Shown: in pieces, positions 26,807-36,360 of the stretch
How positions within the stretch are numbered: the first letter of the stretch is position 1
How the letters are laid out: every line of letters starts with the position of its first letter
DNA from: a phage
Sequence record: PZ445447.1
DNA: 64,000 nt
Reading direction: 5' to 3' (one strand)
The notes under the pieces: generated by a model
Told to the model about the DNA's origin: nothing
The model's input: only the letters and a program-made list of their open reading frames with translations
Databases searched by the model: none
Made by a program: the position numbers and the translations under genes

Positions 26807-29273
26807 CTGCTCTTCCCCCTACCATAAACGGCCCTACCTGGCAAGTGGAATAATTGACGAGCCATCAATCCCACACACTGTACAAACATACATATAAAAT
26901 AACTATTGCATAATTTTTCATTGTGTGGTAGCAGGGCCATTTTTACACGTTTTTCCTTCCAAAATTGCACGTAATGCAGCATTTGCACAAAATTTAACCT
27001 GATGCATATATTCAATAGCTTGTCAACAACTAAAAATCTTTATAAGTCATACACTTACATAACTACAAAAGCGTTTTCTACGTGAAAAATCGAGTATAAC
27101 TATAGCCGCCAGATCTCAGAATTTACGTACGCTCGCCATTCTATAGCCTGCTAAGCATTTATTCCAACCATAGAATAACGGAATAGTCAATACCTGCATA
27201 AAATAATTATTCGTGTAAACTGCATAACATAAATCGGCCCAGGTGTCAACATTTTTCGTAAACAGTCTGGAATTGTCACGTTAGGTTACCATAAGCAGAG
27301 AAATCTTCAGTCGTCTAATGTTTACTGTACGTTACTATATTAACTGAAATCATTAGATGACTAATAGAAAGATAAGAAATAATTAACAATACAATTATTT
27401 TATCTGTAACAATAAGGCAACTATGCAAACGAATGGCATGGCGCGACGGAGTCGCGACATAATATAAAAGCAGTAACCATCACCCCCGTGATAGTTTGTC
27501 TGCAAACTATTAATCAGATCATAGTTGCCTTGTATTTAGTTAATCATGACATAACAAGCAAGGCAACTATAGATCTGCTAATAGTTGCCCTGCTTTTATA
27601 TTATGTCATGCTAATTATAATCAGTGCGATTATTGTCATGTATAATTATTGTCATGCAAACGAATGGCATGGCTGATTATCGGTGTGTAAACAGTCAATC
27701 ATGTAAATGGTTAGCATGTGAACAATCAGGAATGTAAACAATCCAGTGTGTAAACTAATAGGTGTGTAAAAGTGTCATGTTGTGTCAGTTAGGTCACATT
27801 ATGTCAGACAAGTTTTTCTCCTCTTTGTCAAGTGCTGCATGAAAAATTTACAAGCTTGTATGGTAGCATTTTTGCGGCCCTGTTTACATTCAGGAGTGTA
27901 TGTATAATCCTTGGTGTGTGGGCGTTTAGACGTCTGGACGGTAAGAAGTCTGCAGGTTAATATCTAATCTATCGGCTGCTAACTATATCCCACACAAATA
28001 GTAAGAAATATAATTGTTATGTGCGTAAACAGTAACCCATGTTATCAATCCCTGTATGTATCGCCAGTGGTGCGCATAATGGGTATTATGTTAAATTGCC
28101 CGTAATGATAAAGGTTCTCACAATGATAGGTATTCTCATTCACCCTCACAAAATAGATTGCAAATGTTGTGCCACTGTGTGAACGGCCTCACCTATTAAT
28201 TTGCCTCACTGCCTCGATATTTGAGAATTATTATAAGAATGAGAAGTATTCCCATTTCGTCCGCCTGGCAGCACTCCAGTCGCTACGGCTCATGACAGGG
28301 CAGCACTCCTGTAGGTCAGGTCAAAATCGTGGTAGAATTGGGCCTGTTCAGATATTTCTGGCTGACTCTTCAGGTCTGTGTGGGAAAAGCCAACCTCTCC
28401 GGCGGGGCAGGGGGTCATGACGGGAAAATTGCAGGTCAATTAAAAAATTTACGTGGTGTATGAAGCGCTCTTCAGGTAAGGCAGGTATTAGAGGATGAAA
28501 CCCTCTTCAGGCAATGATATTTGTGGGTGTGATATTTGCTGGAAAGCCAGATATGACGGGACTCCCGGCGGGGATGGGGTAGTACAGACAGGGAAAATAT
28601 GGGGATGTAGTTGGGTAAATTGATCAGGCAGGTAGAGTATGGATTATGTTACAGGTATGTTAAATATGGAGGTTGAATATCTGTAAGATTTGTGTGTAAA
28701 ATCAAAGACTTAAGTGGTGTTGTGGTATTTTCTATAAATAATTCAAGTTTAATAGGTAATATTTGTCTCTATCCACTTTGTGTGGTAAACAGATTCAGAT
28801 GAAATTGGTTTACAAGTGTATACATAATATACAAATTAAAGATACAAGAAACCCCCCTCCCCTTCGGCTACCATTCACCTTTTCCTCTGACTGGTACTTA
28901 AACACTTATTCAGACTCTTCAGGTTATCACCCATATATCATATGGCAGTGACTGGTGTCCTCCGGCCCCTCTTTCGTCACCCGTCCGCTTCGCCATGCTA
29001 ATGCCATAGCCAATGGTTCGGTTGTTCACCCTGTTCACTCAGGTGTATCTCCATACCCCTTCAAACCGAAGAGAACAGAAAACCCGAATTACTCGGTAAA
29101 AGAAAAGAGAAGAACTTAATTTTATCAAGATAGGCAAGAATGTCAAGGCATGACTGCTCACTAAACAAGCAAACAGTCATGTGTGGGAGGTAAGTGATTG
29201 TGGTTGTAGGAAATTTAGTTGAAAGATGTGTTATAGGTGCTTCCAGCACTTTAGCCGGGTAGCTAATTGTGTG
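26807..29273. other. large non-coding, repeat-rich region between convergent gene blocks (candidate origin, packaging or regulatory hub)
   Basis: No ORF with credible RBS; AT-rich; inverted repeats around 27425-27610 (ATAGTTGCC in alternating orientation); five TGTAAA(C) repeats 27680-27770; CTCTTCAGG four times 28366-28930. Confidence 0.5.
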
Positions 29274-29489
29274 TCAGTCCAGCGGTTCATCCTCTACTTC
29301 ACTGAAATCAATGTTCATGGTCTCTTCCCAACCATCGATCTCAGCACAAGAGTGGAGTTCTTTAGGGTTTACTCCCAAAGCCTCAGCAACAGAGTCTATA
29401 TTTAACACCTCTGGCAGGTATGATTCATCGAATTCAAGGTAAATCAGGCCACGAGTGTTGTCAGCTCCACCAAATATCTCTATCTTCAT
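29274..29489 (-). CDS. hypothetical small acidic protein
   Basis: GAGGAG RBS; starts MKIEIFGG like several array members; 71 aa. Confidence 0.55.
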   Translation of the reverse strand: MKIEIFGGADNTRGLIYLEFDESYLPEVLNIDSVAEALGVNPKELHSCAEIDGWEETMNIDFSEVEDEPLD

Positions 29490-29610
29490 AAAATCTCCTC
29501 TGGGAATGAAAGTGTGAACAGGGTTTTATACGTTCTAATGCACAGGAATTATACACGTTTGCCTCTTCAGGCCATGCTTTAGCATGAGGAACCTGTGTGG
29601 GCTCGGTGCT

Positions 29611-29778
29611 TCATAGTCTACCACCTCTGAACTCTTCGTGCTCAGGCATAATAGAGAACCAGATATCTACGATGTCCTCCCACGTCAGGTCATCAGCCTC
29701 AGGATCTATCTGGGACGAAGATGAAGAGTCCTCAGAATCTAAGTTTTCCTCTTTAACTGGCTCAGCCAAGGGACACAT
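29611..29778 (-). CDS. hypothetical small acidic protein (55 aa)
   Basis: ATG 6 nt after AAGGAG RBS; in frame with ORF 29611-29850. Confidence 0.45.
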   Translation of the reverse strand: MCPLAEPVKEENLDSEDSSSSSQIDPEADDLTWEDIVDIWFSIMPEHEEFRGGRL

Positions 29779-29780
29779 GG

Positions 29781-30026
29781 TCACTCCTTTGGATGTCTCT
29801 TCAGATGCATGTGTGTGTTGATCATGTTCCACCCGTGAGTATTCCGGCAACAGCTGCTATGGACGTAATGATCATCAGGATCACCACCAAAACCTCTGAC
29901 AATGTTTTCATTGTGTATCCCATATTCTCCAAATGATGTGTGGATATTATCACTGGAGCGGTAATGTGTCAACAGAAACGCCGCGAGGGTTTGGTTAAAA
30001 TCCGAGCGTATGGTGATTTGGGTCAA
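29781..30026 (-). CDS. hypothetical protein
   Basis: ORF track only; weak RBS. Confidence 0.3.
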   Translation of the reverse strand: MTQITIRSDFNQTLAAFLLTHYRSSDNIHTSFGEYGIHNENIVRGFGGDPDDHYVHSSCCRNTHGWNMINTHMHLKRHPKE

Positions 30027-30130
30027 AACGGACGTGCGTTCTCGCTACGCTCGAAAGAGAGACTTGTTTGTAGAAAGCTCTTAAACGCTCTGTAACGAGA
30101 TTATCTGTCCAAGGTATGCAATCGTGCACC

Positions 30131-30161
30131 AGATAAAGAAAAGGACGCCACAGAGCGTCCT
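30131..30161 (-). terminator. rho-independent terminator (minus strand)
   Basis: AGGACGC-TCTGTG-GCGTCCT hairpin followed on the minus strand by TTTTCTTTATCT. Confidence 0.6.
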
Positions 30162-30185
30162 AGGTGTCTTAAATTTGATATTTTG

Positions 30186-30485
30186 CTATACCCATGAGGG
30201 CTTATCAAGGTTGGAGTAGCTGAAAGGTGTCAAAAGGTGACTGTCAAAATCTCTCAAACTATCCAAATCTTTTTCCTCGTCCTGACACCATCTGTGCCTA
30301 CATTTATTGTTGTAGTGCATAGAATGCATAGCGTTCTGCAACTTAACAGGTACAAGTGATTCAGGAGTAGATAGTATTGTTGGGTATGCCAGAATCACCT
30401 CAAACAGTGGAAACACATCGAAACTAAAGTCTACCTCTGCAGAGGTTGATGGCATATAGGAGTATTTAGCCGCCTTTGTAGACAT
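30186..30485 (-). CDS. hypothetical protein
   Basis: ATG after GAGGTGG RBS. Confidence 0.55.
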   Translation of the reverse strand: MSTKAAKYSYMPSTSAEVDFSFDVFPLFEVILAYPTILSTPESLVPVKLQNAMHSMHYNNKCRHRWCQDEEKDLDSLRDFDSHLLTPFSYSNLDKPSWV

Positions 30486-30493
30486 AATCCACC

Positions 30494-30820
30494 TCACACA
30501 GGTTTGATAATACCTTTACCGAATAATTCTTCGTATCTAATCTTATCCGGATCCCATTCTTGGATAATTTCGAAGACAATATCCAACCCAGGGATAATCA
30601 CTTCTCCAGTGTCAAGTTTGGCAAGAACAAAACCAGAAGGCTGAATGGTTTCCCAGTTGCGCCGATTGGAATAGAAGACCTCGAAAATATCGCCGACCTT
30701 TATCTGTTGATCAAGATGTTCAAGATTCTCTTTCATATAGACGCAGCGGATTTTTCGTGCAGGCCATAGACCACCTGCATCACGTTCATTTAGCTCTTTT
30801 ACAGTAATCGGTATACCCAT
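30494..30820 (-). CDS. hypothetical protein
   Basis: AAGGAGA RBS; 108 aa. Confidence 0.6.
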   Translation of the reverse strand: MGIPITVKELNERDAGGLWPARKIRCVYMKENLEHLDQQIKVGDIFEVFYSNRRNWETIQPSGFVLAKLDTGEVIIPGLDIVFEIIQEWDPDKIRYEELFGKGIIKPV

Positions 30821-30841
30821 CTCAAATCTCCTTCATAGATA

Positions 30842-30875
30842 GTAAAAAGAGGGGCCCAAGCCCCCCTCTTTGTCA
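30842..30875 (-). terminator. hairpin terminator (possibly bidirectional)
   Basis: AGAGGGGCCCAAGCCCCCCTCT with T-runs on both strands. Confidence 0.6.
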
Positions 30876-31181
30876 TTATTCTACAGAGCGTTTGAACAGA
30901 ATGTCTGCCTCAGACATGTGCTCAACCTCTTCTTCGATTTTAGCGCGACGTTTTTCAGCCTCATAGCGAATATCGAACTCGGTAGCCACCAGAGATTTGA
31001 TGAATTTAGGAGAATACAGGTGATCCTGCTTCTCAACGAGAATGATATCCTTAATGGCATCTTTCAGATCTTTAATCTGAAGTTGGAGTTCTACCAGTTC
31101 TTCGATTGTTTTGCGAAGGCGATCACGCTCTGCAGTGTCAGAAGGAAGAGAGGTGAACAGTTCAACTTTAGATTTAGCCAT
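30876..31181 (-). CDS. hypothetical coiled-coil protein
   Basis: AAGGAGA RBS; 101 aa. Confidence 0.6.
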   Translation of the reverse strand: MAKSKVELFTSLPSDTAERDRLRKTIEELVELQLQIKDLKDAIKDIILVEKQDHLYSPKFIKSLVATEFDIRYEAEKRRAKIEEEVEHMSEADILFKRSVE

Positions 31182-31209
31182 AGTAAGAGTCTCCTTATGT
31201 TGTTTTAAA

Positions 31210-31461
31210 TTAACGTTCTACAAAAATACCGTTCAGTTCAATAACCAGGAATTTCTGGTCTTCACTATCGTCTCGTGCCAGCACCTCACAGACGTATCGG
31301 TCATCCCCATCATCATCGCAGTCAAATACAAGACTGAGGACTTTATCATGGTAAACCTTCGCCACTACCGCCTCGTAAGTATTGCCGATTGTGAATCCAA
31401 GATAATCTCCGATGCATTTGACAACAACATGGTCTCCAGCATTTAAGTCAATCTTCGTCAT
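31210..31461 (-). CDS. hypothetical protein
   Basis: ATG after AAGGAGC RBS; acidic DCDDDGDDRY segment. Confidence 0.55.
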   Translation of the reverse strand: MTKIDLNAGDHVVVKCIGDYLGFTIGNTYEAVVAKVYHDKVLSLVFDCDDDGDDRYVCEVLARDDSEDQKFLVIELNGIFVER

Positions 31462-31588
31462 TACTGCGCTCCTTGGGTAATAATACTGTATGTAAAACTT
31501 TAACCAGAGATGTGAATAACGCCCCAAAACACACCGATAGCGCTAAAACAGACAAGGCCATCATTAAAGCTTCAGTAAAATCAGTCAT
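31448..31588 (-). CDS. hypothetical small membrane peptide (46 aa)
   Basis: AAGAGGTGAGGA RBS then ATG; sequence MTDFTEALMMALSVLALSVCFGALF...; not in ORF track. Confidence 0.4.
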   Translation of the reverse strand: MTDFTEALMMALSVLALSVCFGALFTSLVKVLHTVLLPKERSNDED

Positions 31589-31616
31589 TCCTCACCTCTT
31601 GTTAGTCACTATACTA

Positions 31617-31880
31617 TCATTTATCCTTGTCGTCAAGAACTTTTTTAAATCTTTCAGGGATATCTCCCGTTCTTAGATAGTTCATGACCTCGCAAGGTTC
31701 CCACTTGAATTTCTTACAGAGCAGGGCGGCTGAGATTGTTTCATTGCGAAAAGAAAGGATATTAATATCCCACTCTGAGAACCCCAACTTCCGAAGGGTA
31801 GCTACAGAAATCCTCACCGCAACCCAGCAGCAAAAACATGCAACAAACGCCACTGCTACAACCCACATCAGGATGTTCAT
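31617..31880 (-). CDS. hypothetical membrane protein
   Basis: AAGGTG RBS; N-terminal TM helix; 87 aa. Confidence 0.55.
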   Translation of the reverse strand: MNILMWVVAVAFVACFCCWVAVRISVATLRKLGFSEWDINILSFRNETISAALLCKKFKWEPCEVMNYLRTGDIPERFKKVLDDKDK

Positions 31881-31889
31881 ATAAGCACC

Positions 31890-31973
31890 TTACTGAAATA
31901 CAAGACACAGTGTTAAGGTTACTGACCAGCAAATAATTAGCAGGACCATTGCAACCTTGGCAAGATTTATCAT
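31890..31973 (-). CDS. hypothetical small hydrophobic peptide (27 aa)
   Basis: ATGA overlap with upstream stop; AGAGG upstream. Confidence 0.3.
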   Translation of the reverse strand: MINLAKVAMVLLIICWSVTLTLCLVFQ

Positions 31974-32257
31974 AGTGCCTCTAAGATTTCATATCCTTCA
32001 GGTCGAAATACAAGCCACTCCGTGGCTCCGTTTGGTCGATACGCTTTATACAGAACAACCTGGTCTCGGCACATGCACATGGCTACATAGTTTTCATCCA
32101 CACCTGCAGCCTGCATTGCATCTTCTTCTCCGGCAACTGCTTTGCTTACAACTTCCTTGGTAGGCAGGTGTGCGATCAGCTCGTCACCATCATTAATTCC
32201 AAAATGGCTGAGTTCGCCGTTGGTATCTTTAATCTTAATCTTAACCAGATCTTTCAT
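31970..32257 (-). CDS. small acidic protein, paralog array member
   Basis: GGGGGAAG RBS; C-terminal ...PEGYEILEAL. Confidence 0.6.
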   Translation of the reverse strand: MKDLVKIKIKDTNGELSHFGINDGDELIAHLPTKEVVSKAVAGEEDAMQAAGVDENYVAMCMCRDQVVLYKAYRPNGATEWLVFRPEGYEILEAL

Positions 32258-32586
32258 TAGTCTTCCCCCAGGTTCAAAGGTCCTAAGATTTCATATGCCA
32301 GATTAGAAGTTACAAGAGGGTCTTCTGCGTCTTTAGTATTATACCACCCGTGAATAACCAGAGTCCCACTTTGTTTCATGTCCAACTGGAACTCTTCTGC
32401 CGTTTCCTCATCCAGCTCCAAGATTTCCATAAGGTATTTGATGTTAGGGAGGTATGCAGCTGTTACAGTCCCCTCTACCAGACCTTCAGGCCAACCTACA
32501 TCTGGATGACAAGTAGGAACCAGGTTGGTCAGCTTAATGGTGTACGCTTTTTCTGCACGAGCCTTCAGTAACGGGTCAATCTTCAT
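32257..32586 (-). CDS. small acidic protein, paralog array member
   Basis: GAGGAGGA RBS; ends ...YEILGPL. Confidence 0.6.
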   Translation of the reverse strand: MKIDPLLKARAEKAYTIKLTNLVPTCHPDVGWPEGLVEGTVTAAYLPNIKYLMEILELDEETAEEFQLDMKQSGTLVIHGWYNTKDAEDPLVTSNLAYEILGPLNLGED

Positions 32587-32936
32587 TATTCGTCCTCCTC
32601 TTCGGTACCTGCTTCCAGTAATAAGTTAAGAATATCTTCTGCACAAGGTTCATAGAACTCTTGGCCTTCATTATCGATGATTTTGTAGTCATCTCCACGA
32701 ATAATCAGGGGATCACTCTCAAAATTATCGAGACCTTTAACAACGACAACACGATCGATTGCCATCATTGTAAGAACTTTATCGACATCTTCCTCTGCTA
32801 CACCATACTGCAGCAGAATGTCTTTGGTAGGAGGAACAGCATCCACCACAACGCCGTTACCAAAACCTTCTGGAAGTTTAGCTAAAATATCTTCCGGAAC
32901 CACATTCACATCAAAACCGGTAATTTCTACTTTCAT
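32586..32936 (-). CDS. small acidic protein, paralog array member
   Basis: Starts MKVEITGFDV; acidic C-terminus. Confidence 0.6.
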   Translation of the reverse strand: MKVEITGFDVNVVPEDILAKLPEGFGNGVVVDAVPPTKDILLQYGVAEEDVDKVLTMMAIDRVVVVKGLDNFESDPLIIRGDDYKIIDNEGQEFYEPCAEDILNLLLEAGTEEEDE

Positions 32937-33197
32937 TTACAGCACCTCTTCGTCAACTACTTCATAAAAATGGCCTGGGATTGCAATAGCGTTCTCACCT
33001 TCACCTACAAACACAGTTCCGTCAAGAATCAACATCATAAGAATTTCTGTAATATCCTCTTCCGGAACATTGCCAAAACCTTTAATCAGCTCGTAGGTTG
33101 GAATATTTACCTCTAAGATGTCACCATCTTTAGAACGGAAATCAACACCGTCCTGAATCTCTGCCGTTTCAAGGTTTTTCAATTTAATCTTCATCAA
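32937..33197 (-). CDS. small acidic protein, paralog array member (family C)
   Basis: Minus-strand promoter TTGACA, 17 nt spacer, AATAAT upstream; ends ...HFYEVVDEEVL, similar to 34361-34630. Confidence 0.6.
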   Translation of the reverse strand: MMKIKLKNLETAEIQDGVDFRSKDGDILEVNIPTYELIKGFGNVPEEDITEILMMLILDGTVFVGEGENAIAIPGHFYEVVDEEVL

Positions 33198-33273
33198 TCG
33201 GTCCCCTGTCTTGTTAAGATGAAGGTATTATTTCACACAGGGTTGGCGTTGTCAACACCTGTGTGCAAGAAAA

Positions 33274-33669
33274 TTACTGAAACAGTGCGGATAAATTACC
33301 TTCTGGTGGGAACTTATCTGCCAAAAACGGTGTTAGCACAGTAGCCTTCTGAAGATCTGGGGTCCACTCGTTGTTCAGAACATCCCAGTAGTACGCAATG
33401 TTGCTGTGTGGGTGCCGCATTACGAACTTTTTCCCTTCGTAGTCATCTGAAACCTCTACAGAAGAAATAACAACAGAATCTTCAAGGGTTTCTTCATAGA
33501 AGGATCCACCTTCAAATTTCCAACGAGATGCAAGAGCCCCTGCCTTGAACGCTGCAGATAACGGACTGTCGGCAAGAACATACATTTCTTGCACTCTGTC
33601 GCTGCGATCTTTGCTTCTTACGTTGTATACAGTATCTGAGCTATACTTAACACGGTATAGGCTTACCAT
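33274..33669 (-). CDS. hypothetical protein, paralog of 35481-35879 (family B)
   Basis: GAGGAGG RBS; shared VMRHPHSNIAYYWDVLNNEWTPD versus VIVHPDSRVKHYWNARTKTWTPF. Confidence 0.6.
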   Translation of the reverse strand: MVSLYRVKYSSDTVYNVRSKDRSDRVQEMYVLADSPLSAAFKAGALASRWKFEGGSFYEETLEDSVVISSVEVSDDYEGKKFVMRHPHSNIAYYWDVLNNEWTPDLQKATVLTPFLADKFPPEGNLSALFQ

Positions 33670-34001
33670 TACCGCACCTCCTCAATAACTTCCACATCTG
33701 AACCTACCACAAATGCAAAAGGACAGGTTTCATGAAAGATATCCGGATCGCCGCCAAGCTTGCTAACAATTTCTCCACCACTAATAAACACAAGCTCACC
33801 GATATTCATCAGATTGCTGAAATAGTACCCATAATGATTAAAGAATGCAGCAGGGTCAGGTAGACTAGTAGCCTCAAGCACTACATCGGTTGAGGTTACT
33901 TTCTTATCATAACCTCTCGCCTTTTGAGATGCAAGATCTGCAGAATCCTCAGGCGACCGGAGATGCACAGGAATTGTTTCACCAATAAAGCGTACTTTCA
34001 T
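33669..34001 (-). CDS. small protein, paralog array member (family A)
   Basis: ATG (MKVRFIGE) in frame with ORF 33669-34028; ends ...DVEVIEEVR. Confidence 0.55.
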   Translation of the reverse strand: MKVRFIGETIPVHLRSPEDSADLASQKARGYDKKVTSTDVVLEATSLPDPAAFFNHYGYYFSNLMNIGELVFISGGEIVSKLGGDPDIFHETCPFAFVVGSDVEVIEEVR

Positions 34002-34005
34002 ATTA

Positions 34006-34269
34006 TCACCCAACAACCATAGCTTCAAAAGGAGTCATGAACGAATAAACGGCATCATCATCTGCTTCAGGGAATGCTCCCAAAGACTTCATATCTGAGC
34101 CCTTGACAAATACAAGGTTTTGATCAAAGGCTTCTTGGGGGTCAATCCGATACATATTTCGTAAAATATCGCTTACCTCCTCATCAAGAGGTGAGTATGC
34201 TGTGCACGTTTTTCCGATCAAGCTTTGAGAATCAGGGTATCCACCTGAAGTTTTAAAATAAACAATCAT
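34006..34269 (-). CDS. small protein, paralog array member (family A)
   Basis: GAGGTGA RBS; 87 aa. Confidence 0.6.
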   Translation of the reverse strand: MIVYFKTSGGYPDSQSLIGKTCTAYSPLDEEVSDILRNMYRIDPQEAFDQNLVFVKGSDMKSLGAFPEADDDAVYSFMTPFEAMVVG

Positions 34270-34360
34270 ATAGTATCACCTCTGGTAAGAGATTGGGACT
34301 CCTTTCCCACAAATAATTACAAATCTTCCTTAGCGAGGAAGTATGCTAATCCAAGCAGGA

Positions 34361-34630
34361 TTATTCCTCTACAATCTCATACACATCAGGAGTTACAATC
34401 AACTCTTCTCCGTTACCCGGTGCAACAAACACCACCAAACCTTCAGGTGTGTGCTTTTTAGCCATCTCGATAACATCTTCTCGCAGAGCTGGCTCCATAA
34501 GATCAAAACCTTCACCTAGGGCATCACGAACCACCTTCATATAGTCCACTGGTTGTGCTTCAACAATCATGCCTTCAACCAGTCCACAATTTTTGTCTGC
34601 CAGCTCAGTTTGGAATAATTTAATTTTCAT
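34361..34630 (-). CDS. small acidic protein, paralog array member (family C)
   Basis: GAGGAG RBS; ends ...DVYEIVEE. Confidence 0.6.
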   Translation of the reverse strand: MKIKLFQTELADKNCGLVEGMIVEAQPVDYMKVVRDALGEGFDLMEPALREDVIEMAKKHTPEGLVVFVAPGNGEELIVTPDVYEIVEE

Positions 34631-34656
34631 TTAGAGGTCTCCTCAATTATTTGATA

Positions 34657-34758
34657 TTAATAGCCGTAACCTAACACATTAACTACAACTGCGATTGCAA
34701 ACATAATTTCAAAGCATGCAATCTCTACATTTGGGACTAATTTCTTAATCACACCCAT
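34657..34758 (-). CDS. hypothetical small hydrophobic peptide (33 aa)
   Basis: GAGGTG RBS then ATG; not in ORF track. Confidence 0.3.
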   Translation of the reverse strand: MGVIKKLVPNVEIACFEIMFAIAVVVNVLGYGY

Positions 34759-34767
34759 TGTAGCACC

Positions 34768-35088
34768 TCATTCTCCAAAGTCAATCTTTACTTTGCCTTT
34801 CCCCTTACCTTTCTTTCCACCGCATTTAGCCAGCTGACGTGCTGCAACATCTACCATACGGTCAGTTGCCTCGTAAGCATCACTGCCTTTAGCCTTGGCA
34901 ATAACTTCTTTTCCAGAATTGTCAAAAATGAACGCCATAACTTCCTGGTGATCATTTTCAACTTTTACACTCACACGTGCATAGTTAACAGAGGGATGTA
35001 AACGCTCCAGCTTGGACATTTTGCGGGAAATAAAAGATACCATACCTTCTGTGATTTCTACATTGTTGCCAGTGATTTCAATCTGCAT
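34768..35088 (-). CDS. hpf: ribosome hibernation promoting factor / RaiA (YfiA) family protein
   Basis: MQIEITGNNVEITEG...KVENDHQEV...GSDAYEATDRMVDVAARQLAK lines up with E. coli HPF as I recall it (MQLNITGNNVEITEA...KVEKV...GQDMYAAIDGLIDKLARQLTK); own minus-strand promoter. Confidence 0.85.
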   Translation of the reverse strand: MQIEITGNNVEITEGMVSFISRKMSKLERLHPSVNYARVSVKVENDHQEVMAFIFDNSGKEVIAKAKGSDAYEATDRMVDVAARQLAKCGGKKGKGKGKVKIDFGE

Positions 35089-35137
35089 AACGTGTTCCTT
35101 TTAAGGAAGAGGGAATAACTATCTCTCTTTGAAAACA

Positions 35138-35166
35138 ATGATACTAAATCTGAAGCGTTGTGTCAA
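35138..35166 (-). promoter_or_regulatory. sigma70-type promoter for hpf (minus strand)
   Basis: Minus-strand TTGACA, 17 nt spacer, TATCAT. Confidence 0.6.
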
Positions 35167-35172
35167 CAGTTT

Positions 35173-35463
35173 TTACAGCTTGTTGTCGATAGTTTTTAAA
35201 ATATCCACAGCAAGATCTGCCATTTTTCGAACATACTCTGCAAACTCAACAGGATCCTTGATCAAAGAATTCACAGGGTCGTACCCTAGAGCGTTTAAAA
35301 TGGCTGCAGCATCTACAACCTTCTCATCATTTGCGAAGATCTCTCCGTCAAACTTGTAGGTCCATTTTGAGTCAACCTTAGCAGAGCAGGGTTTGTCCAT
35401 GCTTGTTACACCATCGTCTTTAAACTCTCCTGCGTTATCAATATTTAGAATTAAATCCATCAT
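35173..35463 (-). CDS. hypothetical protein
   Basis: GAGGTG RBS; 96 aa. Confidence 0.6.
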   Translation of the reverse strand: MMDLILNIDNAGEFKDDGVTSMDKPCSAKVDSKWTYKFDGEIFANDEKVVDAAAILNALGYDPVNSLIKDPVEFAEYVRKMADLAVDILKTIDNKL

Positions 35464-35480
35464 GGTGACACCTCACTGTT

Positions 35481-35879
35481 TCAGTTTAGCTTTTCTTCAA
35501 CAACCCCATAACTTGGGGCAGAGTCAAGAGCTTTCTGGTTTAAAAGTGGCGTAGCAGAATCTGCAAACGGTGTCCAAGTTTTTGTTCTGGCATTCCAGTA
35601 ATGCTTCACTCTGGAATCTGGATGCACTATAACAAAAACTTTTTCACTTGTCAACACATTAATTTCTTCTACACCCTTGCTGATAATTTCTCCGTCATAG
35701 CCCCCAGTCTGGTATCCTTCGTACCAGGTTCTTGCATAGGCATAGCCAGCCTGCCAGCATGCAGCCTCCTCCGAGGTGGAGACTACGTAGAAGTCTTTCT
35801 CAAATTCTGGAATACGCCCTTGCTTTACGCTCCAAGCCCCGCGAATTTTCATTGTAACTTTAAACAGTTTATTTTTCAC
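35481..35879 (-). CDS. hypothetical protein, paralog of 33274-33669 (family B)
   Basis: 132 aa; HP..YW..TW/TP motif shared. Confidence 0.6.
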   Translation of the reverse strand: MKNKLFKVTMKIRGAWSVKQGRIPEFEKDFYVVSTSEEAACWQAGYAYARTWYEGYQTGGYDGEIISKGVEEINVLTSEKVFVIVHPDSRVKHYWNARTKTWTPFADSATPLLNQKALDSAPSYGVVEEKLN

Positions 35880-35891
35880 AACGGTTACCCA

Positions 35892-36146
35892 TCACAGCTC
35901 TACAATATCTGCATCTGACCCTACCCCAAAGGCATAGTAGGACTCTTCCCCGAAATAATATTCAGGTGCACCAGCGGTGATCAGGTCTGATCCCAAGATA
36001 AACACCACGTTGTGGCCTACATAACTGTGATGTTGCCGCACAGGATCATCCCACGGCAACCCTTCAAAGTATACCGCAGGAACGACCTTTCCATTCAGGA
36101 AGGATTGTCCCAAGTAGACGTTAGAATCAAGAATTTTAACCTTCAT
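35892..36146 (-). CDS. small protein, paralog array member (family A, MKVK-LDS type)
   Basis: GGAGGA RBS; starts MKVKILDSNVYLGQ. Confidence 0.65.
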   Translation of the reverse strand: MKVKILDSNVYLGQSFLNGKVVPAVYFEGLPWDDPVRQHHSYVGHNVVFILGSDLITAGAPEYYFGEESYYAFGVGSDADIVEL

Positions 36147-36360
36147 GATCGTCCTCCACTACCTCTACATCCTCACCTAGGGCAAAGTTATAGGTCCACT
36201 GACTGTCAAAGCATTCCTGAGATGCACCAGCGGCAATAAGATCTGCTCCTTTTATTTTTAAAAGGTCAGGGTAATCTTCGTTATGGACAGCAGTAAACAC
36301 TTTTCCTACTAAAGGCTCCTGACCAATATAGAAGCTTGAATCTAAAACTTTAACTTTCAT
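36136..36360 (-). CDS. small protein, paralog array member (family A)
   Basis: GGAGA RBS; starts MKVKVLDSSFYIGQ; ends ...DVEVVEDD. Confidence 0.65.
   Translation of the reverse strand: MKVKVLDSSFYIGQEPLVGKVFTAVHNEDYPDLLKIKGADLIAAGASQECFDSQWTYNFALGEDVEVVEDDHEG

Noticed and set aside
26710-27015. 101 aa minus-strand ORF at the edge of the non-coding hub
   Set aside because: It overlaps the 3' end and terminator of gene 26342-26761 and has no RBS.
27488-27676. 62 aa hydrophobic ORF inside the inverted-repeat region
   Set aside because: The frame is created by AT-rich repeats (ATAGTTGCC, TTGTCATG) and has no RBS; the hydrophobicity reflects T-rich codons.
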